Shown: positions 1 to 7,183 of the stretch, one piece after another
Numbering within the stretch: position 1 is the stretch's first letter
Layout of the letters: the number at the start of each line of letters is the position of its first letter
IMG/VR virus record: IMGVR_UViG_3300028260_000001
Span: 1-56,332 of that record
Length of the DNA stretch: 56,332 bases
Direction: 5' to 3' (one strand)
Origin: a virus
Taxonomy: Duplodnaviria; Heunggongvirae; Uroviricota; Caudoviricetes
The notes under the pieces: generated by a model
Told to the model about the DNA's origin: nothing
Seen by the model: the letters and a program-made list of their open reading frames with translations, nothing else
The model's database searches: none
Program-made: the position numbers and the translations under genes

Positions 1-182
1 CGGGCAGCGAGTGAAACAGTGGCATCCTTTACCTCGAACGAATAGGCCGAGCATGGCTTCTGAGGGTTCTTACAGAACTTCTCAGTCACATGCCCTACCG
101 GTTGGGTTACATCATAGAAAGCCTTCGCTACGCCCACGCTACAAGCGCAGACGAGCGAGAGGGAAAGTACTACTTTACGCAT
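1..182 (-). CDS. Small Cys-rich protein with N-terminal hydrophobic segment, partial (runs off left edge)
   Basis: Manual translation MRKVVLSLSLVCACSVGVAKAFYDV...; ATG lies next to the stop of the upstream gene; not in ORF track. Confidence 0.6.
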   Translation of the reverse strand, partial: MRKVVLSLSLVCACSVGVAKAFYDVTQPVGHVTEKFCKNPQKPCSAYSFEVKDATVSLAA

Positions 183-183
183 A

Positions 184-519
184 TCAGGTCCACCGTGTAG
201 CGTGAGGGTATTCAGCACGAATACGTTTAGCGATGTAGCGGTGATGGTCTGGGAACGATGTTGACAAGTTAACCCACAAGATGCGAGCTGGGCCATTGTG
301 CATCTGTTCTAACCATTGACTACGTGAGATTTTGCCAGCAGCCAATCGATCATTGATGGACTGTCTAGCGGTTGATTTCATCCACTCTTCCTTGAGTGTG
401 ATGACTTGCTTATCGATGTCACGCATCGGCTTAGCAGCTGAAGCTACAGCAATGAAGCCTGCTGCAATAACCACCTTCGCGGCAACACGGCCAACGCAAT
501 AGAGTTTAAAATTGACCAT
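184..519 (-). CDS. Hypothetical early protein, N-terminal TM plus helical domain (111 aa)
   Basis: AAGGAG RBS before ATG 519 (MVNFKLYC...); start shortened from the track ORF. Confidence 0.75.
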   Translation of the reverse strand: MVNFKLYCVGRVAAKVVIAAGFIAVASAAKPMRDIDKQVITLKEEWMKSTARQSINDRLAAGKISRSQWLEQMHNGPARILWVNLSTSFPDHHRYIAKRIRAEYPHATRWT

Positions 520-559
520 TGTGTTGCTCCTTAATGTAAATACAAAATTCTTGCGGTGT

Positions 560-602
560 AAAAAAGAAAGGGTTGGAAGGGGAAGCTTTCGCCTCCCCCG
601 CC
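560..602 (-). terminator. Intrinsic terminator (GAAA-loop hairpin plus U-tract)
   Basis: Minus strand GGGGAGGC-GAAA-GCTTCCCC followed by TTTCTTTTTT. Confidence 0.7.
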
Positions 603-607
603 AGGCA

Positions 608-892
608 TCAGTCAGGAATCGACTCGATGTAGATCTCGAAGTTCTTGCGCAGCTCATTCAACGAGTCCACGTAAGTCATGCGGCTTTCGTATTTTTCGAG
701 GAGTGTTCGGCCCTCAACTTTTACGTTAGCGCGTACGGTGCCAACACGAGCCTTGTCTGCTCGGACACGATCCACGATCGCATCCAGTTCCACGTACAGA
801 TCTTCCAGCTGATAGCGGTCCCACATGCGCTGGCATACAACTACGCCACCAGCTACAACTGCGACCTTGAAAAGTGTTCCGAGCAAAGACAT
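608..892 (-). CDS. Hypothetical early protein, N-terminal TM plus helical domain
   Basis: 94-aa ORF, GGAG RBS, hydrophobic N-terminus. Confidence 0.8.
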   Translation of the reverse strand: MSLLGTLFKVAVVAGGVVVCQRMWDRYQLEDLYVELDAIVDRVRADKARVGTVRANVKVEGRTLLEKYESRMTYVDSLNELRKNFEIYIESIPD

Positions 893-897
893 GGCGG

Positions 898-1080
898 TTA
901 CTCCATTACAGTTGGGTTAGGACCGTCAGCAGGCGGGGTGTCGCCGCCGCCAGGACCGTTGACGACGTCATCGGCGATCTCGATAGCGTCATCTTTGATT
1001 TCGTCCCAGCTGCGGCCTACCTGGAAGGCTACATAGCCCAGAGCAGCGACAGCGGTAATTTTCAGCATGGTTTTCCACAT
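898..1080 (-). CDS. Small single-TM protein with acidic, Pro/Gly-rich tail
   Basis: 60-aa ORF, AAGGA RBS. Confidence 0.75.
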   Translation of the reverse strand: MWKTMLKITAVAALGYVAFQVGRSWDEIKDDAIEIADDVVNGPGGGDTPPADGPNPTVME

Positions 1081-1135
1081 GGCGGATTTCCTTCTATTGC
1101 TTCAGGGATTGGTTGCCCGTAGACAACCGGGGGGT

Positions 1136-1267
1136 TTACTTGGTTTCGTTGCGCATCTTGACAGTTTTGGCAACGTGCGAGGCGCAGCGCTTGACAGACG
1201 ATGCCACCATGAGACAGACGACGATCTTACCGAAAGGGCCCATCTCTTTGAATGCTTGTACGATCAT
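1136..1267 (-). CDS. 43-aa membrane micropeptide (GxFGKI family)
   Basis: Manual translation MIVQAFKEMGPFGKIVVCLMVASSVKRCASHVAKTVKMRNETK; GGAG RBS. Confidence 0.7.
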   Translation of the reverse strand: MIVQAFKEMGPFGKIVVCLMVASSVKRCASHVAKTVKMRNETK

Positions 1268-1311
1268 GGTTACTACTCCGTAATGTTTGGAAATTGTTGA
1301 GCGAAGTTAGA

Positions 1312-1428
1312 TTACTTCTTCTCGGCGACTTTAGGGCTTGGACGAGCGGCGTCGGAGATCGACATCACGACTTGTTCGATAGCGCCCAGAACGATGCAAG
1401 TAACAATGATTTTACCGAAAGTACCCAT
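1312..1428 (-). CDS. 38-aa membrane micropeptide (GxFGKI family)
   Basis: Manual translation MGTFGKIIVTCIVLGAIEQVVMSISDAARPSPKVAEKK; AAGGA RBS; directly below an early promoter. Confidence 0.75.
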   Translation of the reverse strand: MGTFGKIIVTCIVLGAIEQVVMSISDAARPSPKVAEKK

Positions 1429-1449
1429 GACGAATTCCTTTTAATATTC

Positions 1450-1493
1450 GGGCTATATTCACGATTGTAATATAGCTCTTAAATGGTTTTAAA
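1450..1493 (-). promoter_or_regulatory. Early (virion RNAP) promoter in an inverted repeat
   Basis: Minus strand TTTAAAACCATTTAAGAGCTATATTACAATCGTGAATATAGCCC; TATATTAC is the phiKZ early consensus. Confidence 0.8.
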
Positions 1494-1694
1494 TTAGGCT
1501 TTGTTGCGAATTACGGTTACGACCGCGGTCATACCTGCTGTCAAGCACAGCACGCCACCTGTGATAAGAATGGCAACGTCACGACGGGCATGACGTTTGC
1601 TGGAATTATCGATACCGGCTTTTACCATGACACCTCCGAGACCGATGCTCGTGCCAGAAGCTATGCCGATTGCTAAGCGGTTCAGAAGTTTCAT
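1494..1694 (-). CDS. 66-aa two-TM hairpin membrane protein
   Basis: GGAGG RBS before MKLLNRLAIG...; two Gly-rich hydrophobic segments; paralog of 1706..1909. Confidence 0.8.
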   Translation of the reverse strand: MKLLNRLAIGIASGTSIGLGGVMVKAGIDNSSKRHARRDVAILITGGVLCLTAGMTAVVTVIRNKA

Positions 1695-1705
1695 GTTGCC
1701 TCCGA

Positions 1706-1909
1706 TTAATCGTTGAAGAGGTCTACCAGGTTTTTGACCGCTACGCATGCACCGAGGGCGATGGCAGCTGCACCGATCCCCAGGATCATTTGGCTTTCAG
1801 TGTTCTGTTCTACCTTCTTCATCTTAGTAGCTTCGCTAACCAGATGAGAACCAGCGCCGATAGTAACACCAGCGCAAGCAGCAATACCGATACGAGTGAG
1901 CAAATTCAT
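1706..1909 (-). CDS. 67-aa two-TM hairpin membrane protein
   Basis: AAGGAG RBS; MNLLTRIGIAACAGVTIGAGSH resembles the neighbouring gene. Confidence 0.8.
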   Translation of the reverse strand: MNLLTRIGIAACAGVTIGAGSHLVSEATKMKKVEQNTESQMILGIGAAAIALGACVAVKNLVDLFND

Positions 1910-1930
1910 GTGGAACTCCTTAGATTGGGA

Positions 1931-2110
1931 TTAGCGAACGACCAGCATCTCTTGACCGTTAGGGCCGATGCGATGACCGAGGATAACTTCTTTCTTTTGC
2001 GCTTGGGCATACTCTTCGTGATTCGTTTCAGCCATGGCGCTCAATTGCTGCATGCCAAAGGAACCGAAAGCAACAGCGATCAGGAAGTAAACAGTTTGGA
2101 ATTTGATCAT
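1931..2110 (-). CDS. 59-aa protein with N-terminal TM/signal segment
   Basis: Manual translation MIKFQTVYFLIAVAFGSFGMQQLSAMAE...EMLVVR; AAGGA RBS. Confidence 0.7.
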   Translation of the reverse strand: MIKFQTVYFLIAVAFGSFGMQQLSAMAETNHEEYAQAQKKEVILGHRIGPNGQEMLVVR

Positions 2111-2133
2111 GACGAAATCCTTAACGTAATGTG

Positions 2134-2182
2134 ATAGTTCTTCTGCAATGCATCTACGACAGATGACTTGCAGAAGAACTAT
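2134..2182. other. Long hairpin (15 bp, 2x2 internal loop, 5 bp); possible RNA processing site
   Basis: ATAGTTCTTCTGCAA-TG-CATCT-ACGAC-AGATG-AC-TTGCAGAAGAACTAT. Confidence 0.6.
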
Positions 2183-2200
2183 GGGAGCCCGAAGGCCCCC
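2183..2200 (-). terminator. cUUCGg hairpin, terminator-like (no U-tract)
   Basis: Minus strand GGGGGCC-TTCG-GGCTCCC just after the stop of 2208..2411. Confidence 0.5.
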
Positions 2201-2207
2201 TGTTCAT

Positions 2208-2411
2208 TTAACCTTCGGAACCACGTGGCGGCTGGTCAGTCAGCTCGAATGGGAACGGTGCCTGCTTACAAGCAACGTAAGCATCATTGTGCTCACGAGC
2301 AAGACGACGTTTCCGATCCTGCTTCGACATGAAGGCAGTGGGCCAGATGTCGTGCGTATCGGAGAAAACAGGCATCTGTTCAACAAGTGCCTTGGTAAGT
2401 TCTTTGTCCAT
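2208..2411 (-). CDS. Hypothetical protein
   Basis: 67-aa ORF coupled (TGATG) to the upstream gene. Confidence 0.65.
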   Translation of the reverse strand: MDKELTKALVEQMPVFSDTHDIWPTAFMSKQDRKRRLAREHNDAYVACKQAPFPFELTDQPPRGSEG

Positions 2412-2836
2412 CAGTTGATTGCCTTTTCAGTTGCCATGCGTACAACTTCCTCACGGAAGAAGTTGCGTTGTGCGTTGTCCATGTGGCAGTCGGAACGCTC
2501 ACCATCGACCATGATGCCATCGATGTTGATAGAAGCTACGTCGATTACCGTTTCACCGAAGATCGAGATGTTGAAGCGCTGACAGATGTACTTCTGCACG
2601 GGGTCATCTTTGATCGGTACAACCACCCGAGCGCTATGCGACTTGTCCATGAGCATGTAGGACACGTCGTAGATGTATTCGTTCTCTTCGATGGTGCAGA
2701 AGATCTGGGTGATCACACGACCATTGGCAATCCAATTACCCATAGGGGCCTTGGGACCAAAGGTGAATGCAGCATGCATCACTTGGTGGGTCAGGTGGAT
2801 GCGGAAAGAATTCAGTTCAGCTTCGTTACGTTTCAT
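2411..2836 (-). CDS. Hypothetical protein
   Basis: 141-aa ORF, AAGGA RBS. Confidence 0.8.
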   Translation of the reverse strand: MKRNEAELNSFRIHLTHQVMHAAFTFGPKAPMGNWIANGRVITQIFCTIEENEYIYDVSYMLMDKSHSARVVVPIKDDPVQKYICQRFNISIFGETVIDVASINIDGIMVDGERSDCHMDNAQRNFFREEVVRMATEKAIN

Positions 2837-2870
2837 TGCGAAATCCTTTTACTGCTTGAAGTGGGTATGA

Positions 2871-3032
2871 TTACTGAGGTTTCTTCAGGTGCGGTTGCAC
2901 GATGATTTCGTGCACCGACTTTTTGACCAGGTTGTCCATCCAACGTGCACGAGCACTCTTGTATTTCTTGTACCCGATTACGCCGACTGCAATTACACCG
3001 GCTACAATGCAAACATCTTTAAGAGTGCTCAT
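2871..3032 (-). CDS. 53-aa single-TM protein with basic tail
   Basis: Manual translation MSTLKDVCIVAGVIAVGVIGYKKYKSARARW...; AAGGAG RBS. Confidence 0.75.
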   Translation of the reverse strand: MSTLKDVCIVAGVIAVGVIGYKKYKSARARWMDNLVKKSVHEIIVQPHLKKPQ

Positions 3033-3043
3033 GTTATTTCTCC

Positions 3044-3325
3044 TTAGAGGCCGTTGGAGGCCATGCGAACTTGTTTGCTGAGTTCTACTTCGAAATCGTC
3101 GCGATGACTTTCGATGCTGATGCTGAGACGAGCGAAGAACGCCCAGGCCGCCAGGTCAGCTTGCAGCTCAGCGTAGGTTGGCGGAAACTGGTATTGAGCC
3201 AGAACCTTCTTGATCTCATCCGGGATTTCGCGCATCCGGTCATTACGAGCCAGACGGGATTCGTTCCAGTGTGTAGCACCAATTGCACCGATGAGTGCGA
3301 TTGCACCAATGATTGCATTACGCAT
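3044..3325 (-). CDS. N-terminal TM plus helical domain protein (93 aa)
   Basis: AAGGAG RBS before MRNAIIGAIALIG; the longer track start overlaps the promoter. Confidence 0.8.
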   Translation of the reverse strand: MRNAIIGAIALIGAIGATHWNESRLARNDRMREIPDEIKKVLAQYQFPPTYAELQADLAAWAFFARLSISIESHRDDFEVELSKQVRMASNGL

Positions 3326-3342
3326 ATGTAGCTCCTTAACGT

Positions 3343-3385
3343 GGGTTAATTCACGAGTGTTATATAGCGGTTTAAAAAGTTTCAA
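3343..3385 (-). promoter_or_regulatory. Early promoter (TATATAAC variant)
   Basis: Minus strand TTGAAACTTTTTAAACCGCTATATAACACTCGTGA matches the other copies. Confidence 0.7.
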
Positions 3386-3724
3386 TCAACTCAGGTTGAT
3401 GATCCGGTTGATATGTTCTTTAACTTGCTCAGTCCCATGTGGTGGGAAAGATGCGCGGCTGCGTTCACGATCACCAATCGAGGTGACCACTTGGAAGCCT
3501 TGGTTCTCGCGGTAGAACACTTCGAGAGTTTCACCCTCGATCCCGAGTTCAACACTCATGTAGGCGGTACCCAGGATGTAGGTGTAACGGAACGGGAAGA
3601 GCTTGCCAGATTCAGATATGTGAAGTTCTGAATCGTTCTGCTTATACTTCTTCGAATCCCAGATGTTGGTGGGATTCGAGATGTAGTCGATGAATTTGTT
3701 GATTTCATTAACGGGCTTCGACAT
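3386..3724 (-). CDS. Hypothetical protein
   Basis: 112-aa ORF, AAGGAG RBS. Confidence 0.8.
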   Translation of the reverse strand: MSKPVNEINKFIDYISNPTNIWDSKKYKQNDSELHISESGKLFPFRYTYILGTAYMSVELGIEGETLEVFYRENQGFQVVTSIGDRERSRASFPPHGTEQVKEHINRIINLS

Positions 3725-3753
3725 GTGCTACTCCTTAGTTAATATCAATGTCA

Positions 3754-3790
3754 CGGCATAAAGGCTTCCCCTTAGGGAAGCGCTTATGGC
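3754..3790 (-). terminator. CATA-hairpin-TTTATGCCG element
   Basis: Minus strand GCCATAAGCGCTTCCCTAAGGGGAAGCCTTTATGCCG. Confidence 0.65.
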
Positions 3791-3793
3791 GTA

Positions 3794-4270
3794 TCACTGT
3801 TTACTTGACATCCATGGTGGATAGACAACTACCATTGGATTTGGAATCTTCTGTGAGGCTTCTTCAATCATCTCTGAGACGATATCAAAGTCTAGACCAC
3901 CGTTACCACATCCGAGTGGAGGTACCACTAATTTCCACTTAGGATTGATTTGATCATCTTCTTCACCGATATTATCGATTATCCACTGCAAGCCCAAAGC
4001 CACGTATTCATAAGTGGATGGACTTCTCCAATTCTCCTTGGTTGGTAGCATCAGGTAACGCTTACCATCAGTACCTTCGTAGAGTGCACAATGCCCGATC
4101 GTAATCGATTTCATTTTGCAATCATGTTTGTATTTGAGGAACAGATCAGGATGACGCTCTGCGAATGCTTTAGCAACACCAGCACCCATCACTCCGATTG
4201 TATTTACTGTGACGATGTAAAGATCTCCAGGTTCTTTGAAGATGTCTTTACCGATAATGAATTCAGCCAT
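3794..4270 (-). CDS. Macro-domain ADP-ribosyl hydrolase, DarG/TARG1-like
   Basis: Motifs GKDIF, VNTIGVMGAGVAKAF, LPTKENWR, PPLGCGNGGL; GGAG RBS before ATG 4270. Confidence 0.9.
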   Translation of the reverse strand: MAEFIIGKDIFKEPGDLYIVTVNTIGVMGAGVAKAFAERHPDLFLKYKHDCKMKSITIGHCALYEGTDGKRYLMLPTKENWRSPSTYEYVALGLQWIIDNIGEEDDQINPKWKLVVPPLGCGNGGLDFDIVSEMIEEASQKIPNPMVVVYPPWMSSKQ

Positions 4271-4293
4271 TGAACCGGCTCCCATGAAATTGA

Positions 4294-4327
4294 CTAATGG
4301 AGGGACCGGAGTGATCCCTCTCATTAG
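4294..4327 (-). terminator. Imperfect hairpin, possible terminator
   Basis: CTAATGGAGGGA...TCCCTCTCATTAG inverted repeat downstream of 4338..4508. Confidence 0.45.
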
Positions 4328-4337
4328 ATTGAACTGA

Positions 4338-4508
4338 TTATTTTTTCAGTTCATTCGCCAGCTTCACGGAGGTCAGCGCGATGCCTAAACCGACAGTAAC
4401 AATACTACCCAGAGCTGCTATGTACTTCAGACGAGAGGTCTGACGATCAATGTCCTTGGTAGGCATTGCAGTTGCCGGATCGTCGGAGAAGATACCTTTG
4501 AATTTCAT
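4338..4508 (-). CDS. 56-aa protein with C-terminal TM
   Basis: Manual translation MKFKGIFSDD...KYIAALGSIVTVGLGIALTSVKLANELKK. Confidence 0.7.
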   Translation of the reverse strand: MKFKGIFSDDPATAMPTKDIDRQTSRLKYIAALGSIVTVGLGIALTSVKLANELKK

Positions 4509-4510
4509 GA

Positions 4511-4897
4511 TTAAACCTTATTGCGCTCGGCACGGAGTTCTTTGAGTTTTGCGATGACCGGTTCAGCGTTGGCCATGCGGTCTACACCCAGGGCACCAGA
4601 GATGCCTTTGAGGCGAAGTTTGTGGCGACGCATCAGACGCACCAAACCACGTTGTTCTTTCCACACCATGTTGATGACCTCTTTATCGGTCATGTCGGCA
4701 TTGATGAACTGCATGTTGAACATGGCCTTGCAAGCCACATCCGTCATGCCTTCAATCCAGCGGTTGGCTTTCTTACGAATGCGAACGTTGCTGGTGTTTT
4801 CGCGGATGTGTACCAGTTTGACACTCCGGCGATTGATGTAGGTTTCGAGGTTCTTGCGGCAGGCTTCAGCGCGTTCTTTGCGAGTTTGGAACTTCAT
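4511..4897 (-). CDS. Basic hypothetical protein
   Basis: 128-aa Arg/Lys-rich ORF in operon orientation. Confidence 0.75.
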   Translation of the reverse strand: MKFQTRKERAEACRKNLETYINRRSVKLVHIRENTSNVRIRKKANRWIEGMTDVACKAMFNMQFINADMTDKEVINMVWKEQRGLVRLMRRHKLRLKGISGALGVDRMANAEPVIAKLKELRAERNKV

Positions 4898-4975
4898 AGT
4901 TTTTACCCCAAAAAGAAATCTGGATTGGTTTGAATTGCTAAGGGTCCACGATCAACCGATCATGAACCCCGGCGC

Positions 4976-5098
4976 TCAGCGGCGCCGTTTAACTTTCTGC
5001 TCTTGAGCCACAATGGCCTTGACGGCGTAATGCGATGCAACACCGACAATGGTAGCGATTAGAATACGCTTCGCTACATCTTTAAGATGGTCGTTCAT
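4976..5098 (-). CDS. 40-aa cationic membrane micropeptide (GVxSHYAxKAI family)
   Basis: Manual translation MNDHLKDVAKRILIATIVGVASHYAVKAIVAQEQKVKRRR; GGAG RBS. Confidence 0.75.
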   Translation of the reverse strand: MNDHLKDVAKRILIATIVGVASHYAVKAIVAQEQKVKRRR

Positions 5099-5122
5099 TG
5101 TGATACTCCAGAGCAGATTCGA

Positions 5123-5290
5123 TTACTTGGTGAGAACGGTAGCGAGGCCGATGACACAGAGAGCAGCGATGGAGCTACTGACGGCGATCTGGGTCAGGTC
5201 GCGCTTTTCGGTTTTCTGTGCTTCGTCGACCAGGGCTTTGGCGTGTGCAGCACCGAGGATGCTGAGTGCAGCGATCTTGATTGCTTTCAT
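5123..5290 (-). CDS. 55-aa two-TM hairpin membrane protein
   Basis: Manual translation MKAIKIAALSILGAAHAKALVDEAQKTEKRDLTQIAVSSSIAALCVIGLATVLTK; AAGGAG RBS. Confidence 0.75.
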   Translation of the reverse strand: MKAIKIAALSILGAAHAKALVDEAQKTEKRDLTQIAVSSSIAALCVIGLATVLTK

Positions 5291-5320
5291 GGTGGAACTC
5301 CTTAGCTTAACGGGGGTGGT

Positions 5321-5358
5321 TTATCACGGTTGTAATATAGCGTTTAAATCATTTTAAA
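5321..5358 (-). promoter_or_regulatory. Early promoter
   Basis: Minus strand TTTAAAATGATTTAAACGCTATATTACAACCGTGA. Confidence 0.8.
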
Positions 5359-5642
5359 TCGACACTTTTCTTTTTGAACATGCGTTTATGCATGCGTATT
5401 GAATAGACAGTGCCACATGCACCACCAATTGCAGCAGGAAAGAATGCAGCCCACCCTGACAATAAGAATAACCCGAAGGTTGCAAAAATTGTCAGGGTAA
5501 CCAGCACAGATGTTACTCCAGCGATTACTTCACGACCCTGCGCAATGTTGCGGGATTGAAAGGCTTTTATGAATGCCTCAGCGAAGGTTATTAAAAACCC
5601 AGCGATATATGGAAGCACCCACTTCAAGGCATATAGACTCAT
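5349..5642 (-). CDS. Small 3-TM membrane protein (DUF5698/UPF0316-like)
   Basis: Three hydrophobic helices, FQSRNI..G and GGACGT motifs, basic tail; family call from memory. Confidence 0.65.
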   Translation of the reverse strand: MSLYALKWVLPYIAGFLITFAEAFIKAFQSRNIAQGREVIAGVTSVLVTLTIFATFGLFLLSGWAAFFPAAIGGACGTVYSIRMHKRMFKKKSVDLK

Positions 5643-6016
5643 GCGGCACGTTCGACCACGGCGACATCAGTGATATCGACGTAGTTGGAAACTGGGATGG
5701 TATTACGGTAGAAACGGAGCTGATGGCTATGCGACTTTTGCTTCGACTTTGGGGCTTCTTCCAGTACCACGTCACGACGGCGGAAAGCCGCACGGTACAG
5801 AGGGATCAAACGGAACTCGAACGACAATGCAACACGCTCGAGTTCCGAGATACGATCCGGACGGAAGAACGCTGGGTGATCGTTACCGATGATGTCGAGG
5901 ATGTTTTCTACTTCACGTTCAATACGAGCCACCTCCGCTTTGCGGTGACGATTGAAGTGAGAGCGCAGAATGCATGCAGCGACAACGAGGGTAATGATGA
6001 TCAGAGCAGTGTTCAT
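5639..6016 (-). CDS. N-terminal TM hypothetical protein
   Basis: 125-aa ORF, AAGGA RBS, ATGA overlap with the next gene. Confidence 0.8.
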   Translation of the reverse strand: MNTALIIITLVVAACILRSHFNRHRKAEVARIEREVENILDIIGNDHPAFFRPDRISELERVALSFEFRLIPLYRAAFRRRDVVLEEAPKSKQKSHSHQLRFYRNTIPVSNYVDITDVAVVERAA

Positions 6017-6064
6017 GGTAATCCTTATCTTAATCTTAGTTTTGGTGTTACGACGAGTGTAGCG

Positions 6065-6181
6065 TTACTTCTTCGACTTTGCAACCTGGGCATCGATGTT
6101 CTTGATGATGGCTTTGGCAGCGTAGTGCGAACCAACGCCAATGATGATGGCTTTGGTGATGGCAATGGCGAAATCTTTCAT
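6065..6181 (-). CDS. 38-aa cationic membrane micropeptide (GVxSHYAxKAI family)
   Basis: Manual translation MKDFAIAITKAIIIGVGSHYAAKAIIKNIDAQVAKSKK; AAGGAG RBS. Confidence 0.75.
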   Translation of the reverse strand: MKDFAIAITKAIIIGVGSHYAAKAIIKNIDAQVAKSKK

Positions 6182-6220
6182 GGTGGAACTCCTTACTTCT
6201 TGAGGGATTGTTGACGAGCT

Positions 6221-6409
6221 TTATCGGGAACGCAGGGTGGTGACAACAACGAAGGTACCAGCGGCGATGGCGATACCACCCATCATGTTCTTTTTGTTGT
6301 CGGACAGTATTTGTCCATTAACACGAACGATGGTACCAGGATTCAGCAGGCGTGCACCAACTGCAATAATAGCGCCACCAAGCATTGCATTAGCGATATA
6401 ACCAATCAT
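6221..6409 (-). CDS. 62-aa two-TM hairpin membrane protein
   Basis: AAGGAG RBS; two Gly/Ala-rich hydrophobic segments. Confidence 0.8.
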   Translation of the reverse strand: MIGYIANAMLGGAIIAVGARLLNPGTIVRVNGQILSDNKKNMMGGIAIAAGTFVVVTTLRSR

Positions 6410-6427
6410 AGTGACGCTCCTTAGATT

Positions 6428-6604
6428 TTAGTAGTACAGCATGGTGTACGTGAGAGACGTGATACCTAGCGCAATGCTGGTTCCACCAACAGCAAGCTTC
6501 ACATTGTCGCGGTCTTCCTTGGGCTTCTTTATCTCTTTATAGACAGAAGTACCATGGGCAGCAATCCACGCAGCAAGGGCCGTAACTTGGTACGATCTAG
6601 GCAT
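6428..6604 (-). CDS. 58-aa two-TM hairpin membrane protein
   Basis: Manual translation MPRSYQVTALAAWIAAHGTSVYKEIKKPKEDRDNVKLAVGGTSIALGITSLTYTMLYY; GAGGA RBS; first gene after a promoter. Confidence 0.75.
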   Translation of the reverse strand: MPRSYQVTALAAWIAAHGTSVYKEIKKPKEDRDNVKLAVGGTSIALGITSLTYTMLYY

Positions 6605-6625
6605 GATAGTATCCTCGACATTATT

Positions 6626-6669
6626 GGGCTATACTCACGATTGTAATATAGCCCTTTAAATGTTTTAAA
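6626..6669 (-). promoter_or_regulatory. Early promoter in an inverted repeat
   Basis: Plus strand GGGCTATACTCACGATTGTAATATAGCCCTTTAAATGTTTTAAA. Confidence 0.8.
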
Positions 6670-6987
6670 TCATACTTCCGCGAGTATGATTAGGTGGCGA
6701 TTGACTGCGTACATCTGCTGCAGCCACATTTGTGCACGCTCATCGTTGAACGTTACACGCATGTAGCGGCGCTCGACGCGCTTGTGCAGTGCATGGAGTT
6801 CATCCAGAGCTTCCATTCGCGTGATAGCCTTGGAGGCTTGACGCTTCTGGATCTTTTCGAACTCAGTTGTGTATTCTTCTACACAACGGCAACACTCGGT
6901 AACCCGCATACCCAGTTTTGCCATGCCCCATACGAAAACTGCAGACAAGCCGACAGTTGTAAGAACCATGTTATCGTTCGTGCTCAC
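6670..6987 (-). CDS. N-terminal TM plus helical domain protein
   Basis: 105-aa ORF, GTG start with AAGGAG RBS; resembles 7180..7500. Confidence 0.8.
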   Translation of the reverse strand: MSTNDNMVLTTVGLSAVFVWGMAKLGMRVTECCRCVEEYTTEFEKIQKRQASKAITRMEALDELHALHKRVERRYMRVTFNDERAQMWLQQMYAVNRHLIILAEV

Positions 6988-7018
6988 AGTAGAACTCCTT
7001 CGCCTCGTGGCGAGTAGG

Positions 7019-7183
7019 TTAGAAACCGTGGACCAAGACGGTCATAATCAGGAGCACTCCGAAGAGCGCTCCCAAACGACCAGGGGTGACCCACATCAGG
7101 TCTTGTTGTGTAACTGGAGGTTCTTTACCTTCAGCAATTTTGCGGTAACGCTCGTTTACTGCTTCATCAATCTGGTTGTTCAT
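7019..7183 (-). CDS. 54-aa protein with C-terminal TM
   Basis: Manual translation MNNQIDEAVNERY...GRLGALFGVLLIMTVLVHGF; ATGA overlap, AGGAG RBS. Confidence 0.75.
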   Translation of the reverse strand: MNNQIDEAVNERYRKIAEGKEPPVTQQDLMWVTPGRLGALFGVLLIMTVLVHGF

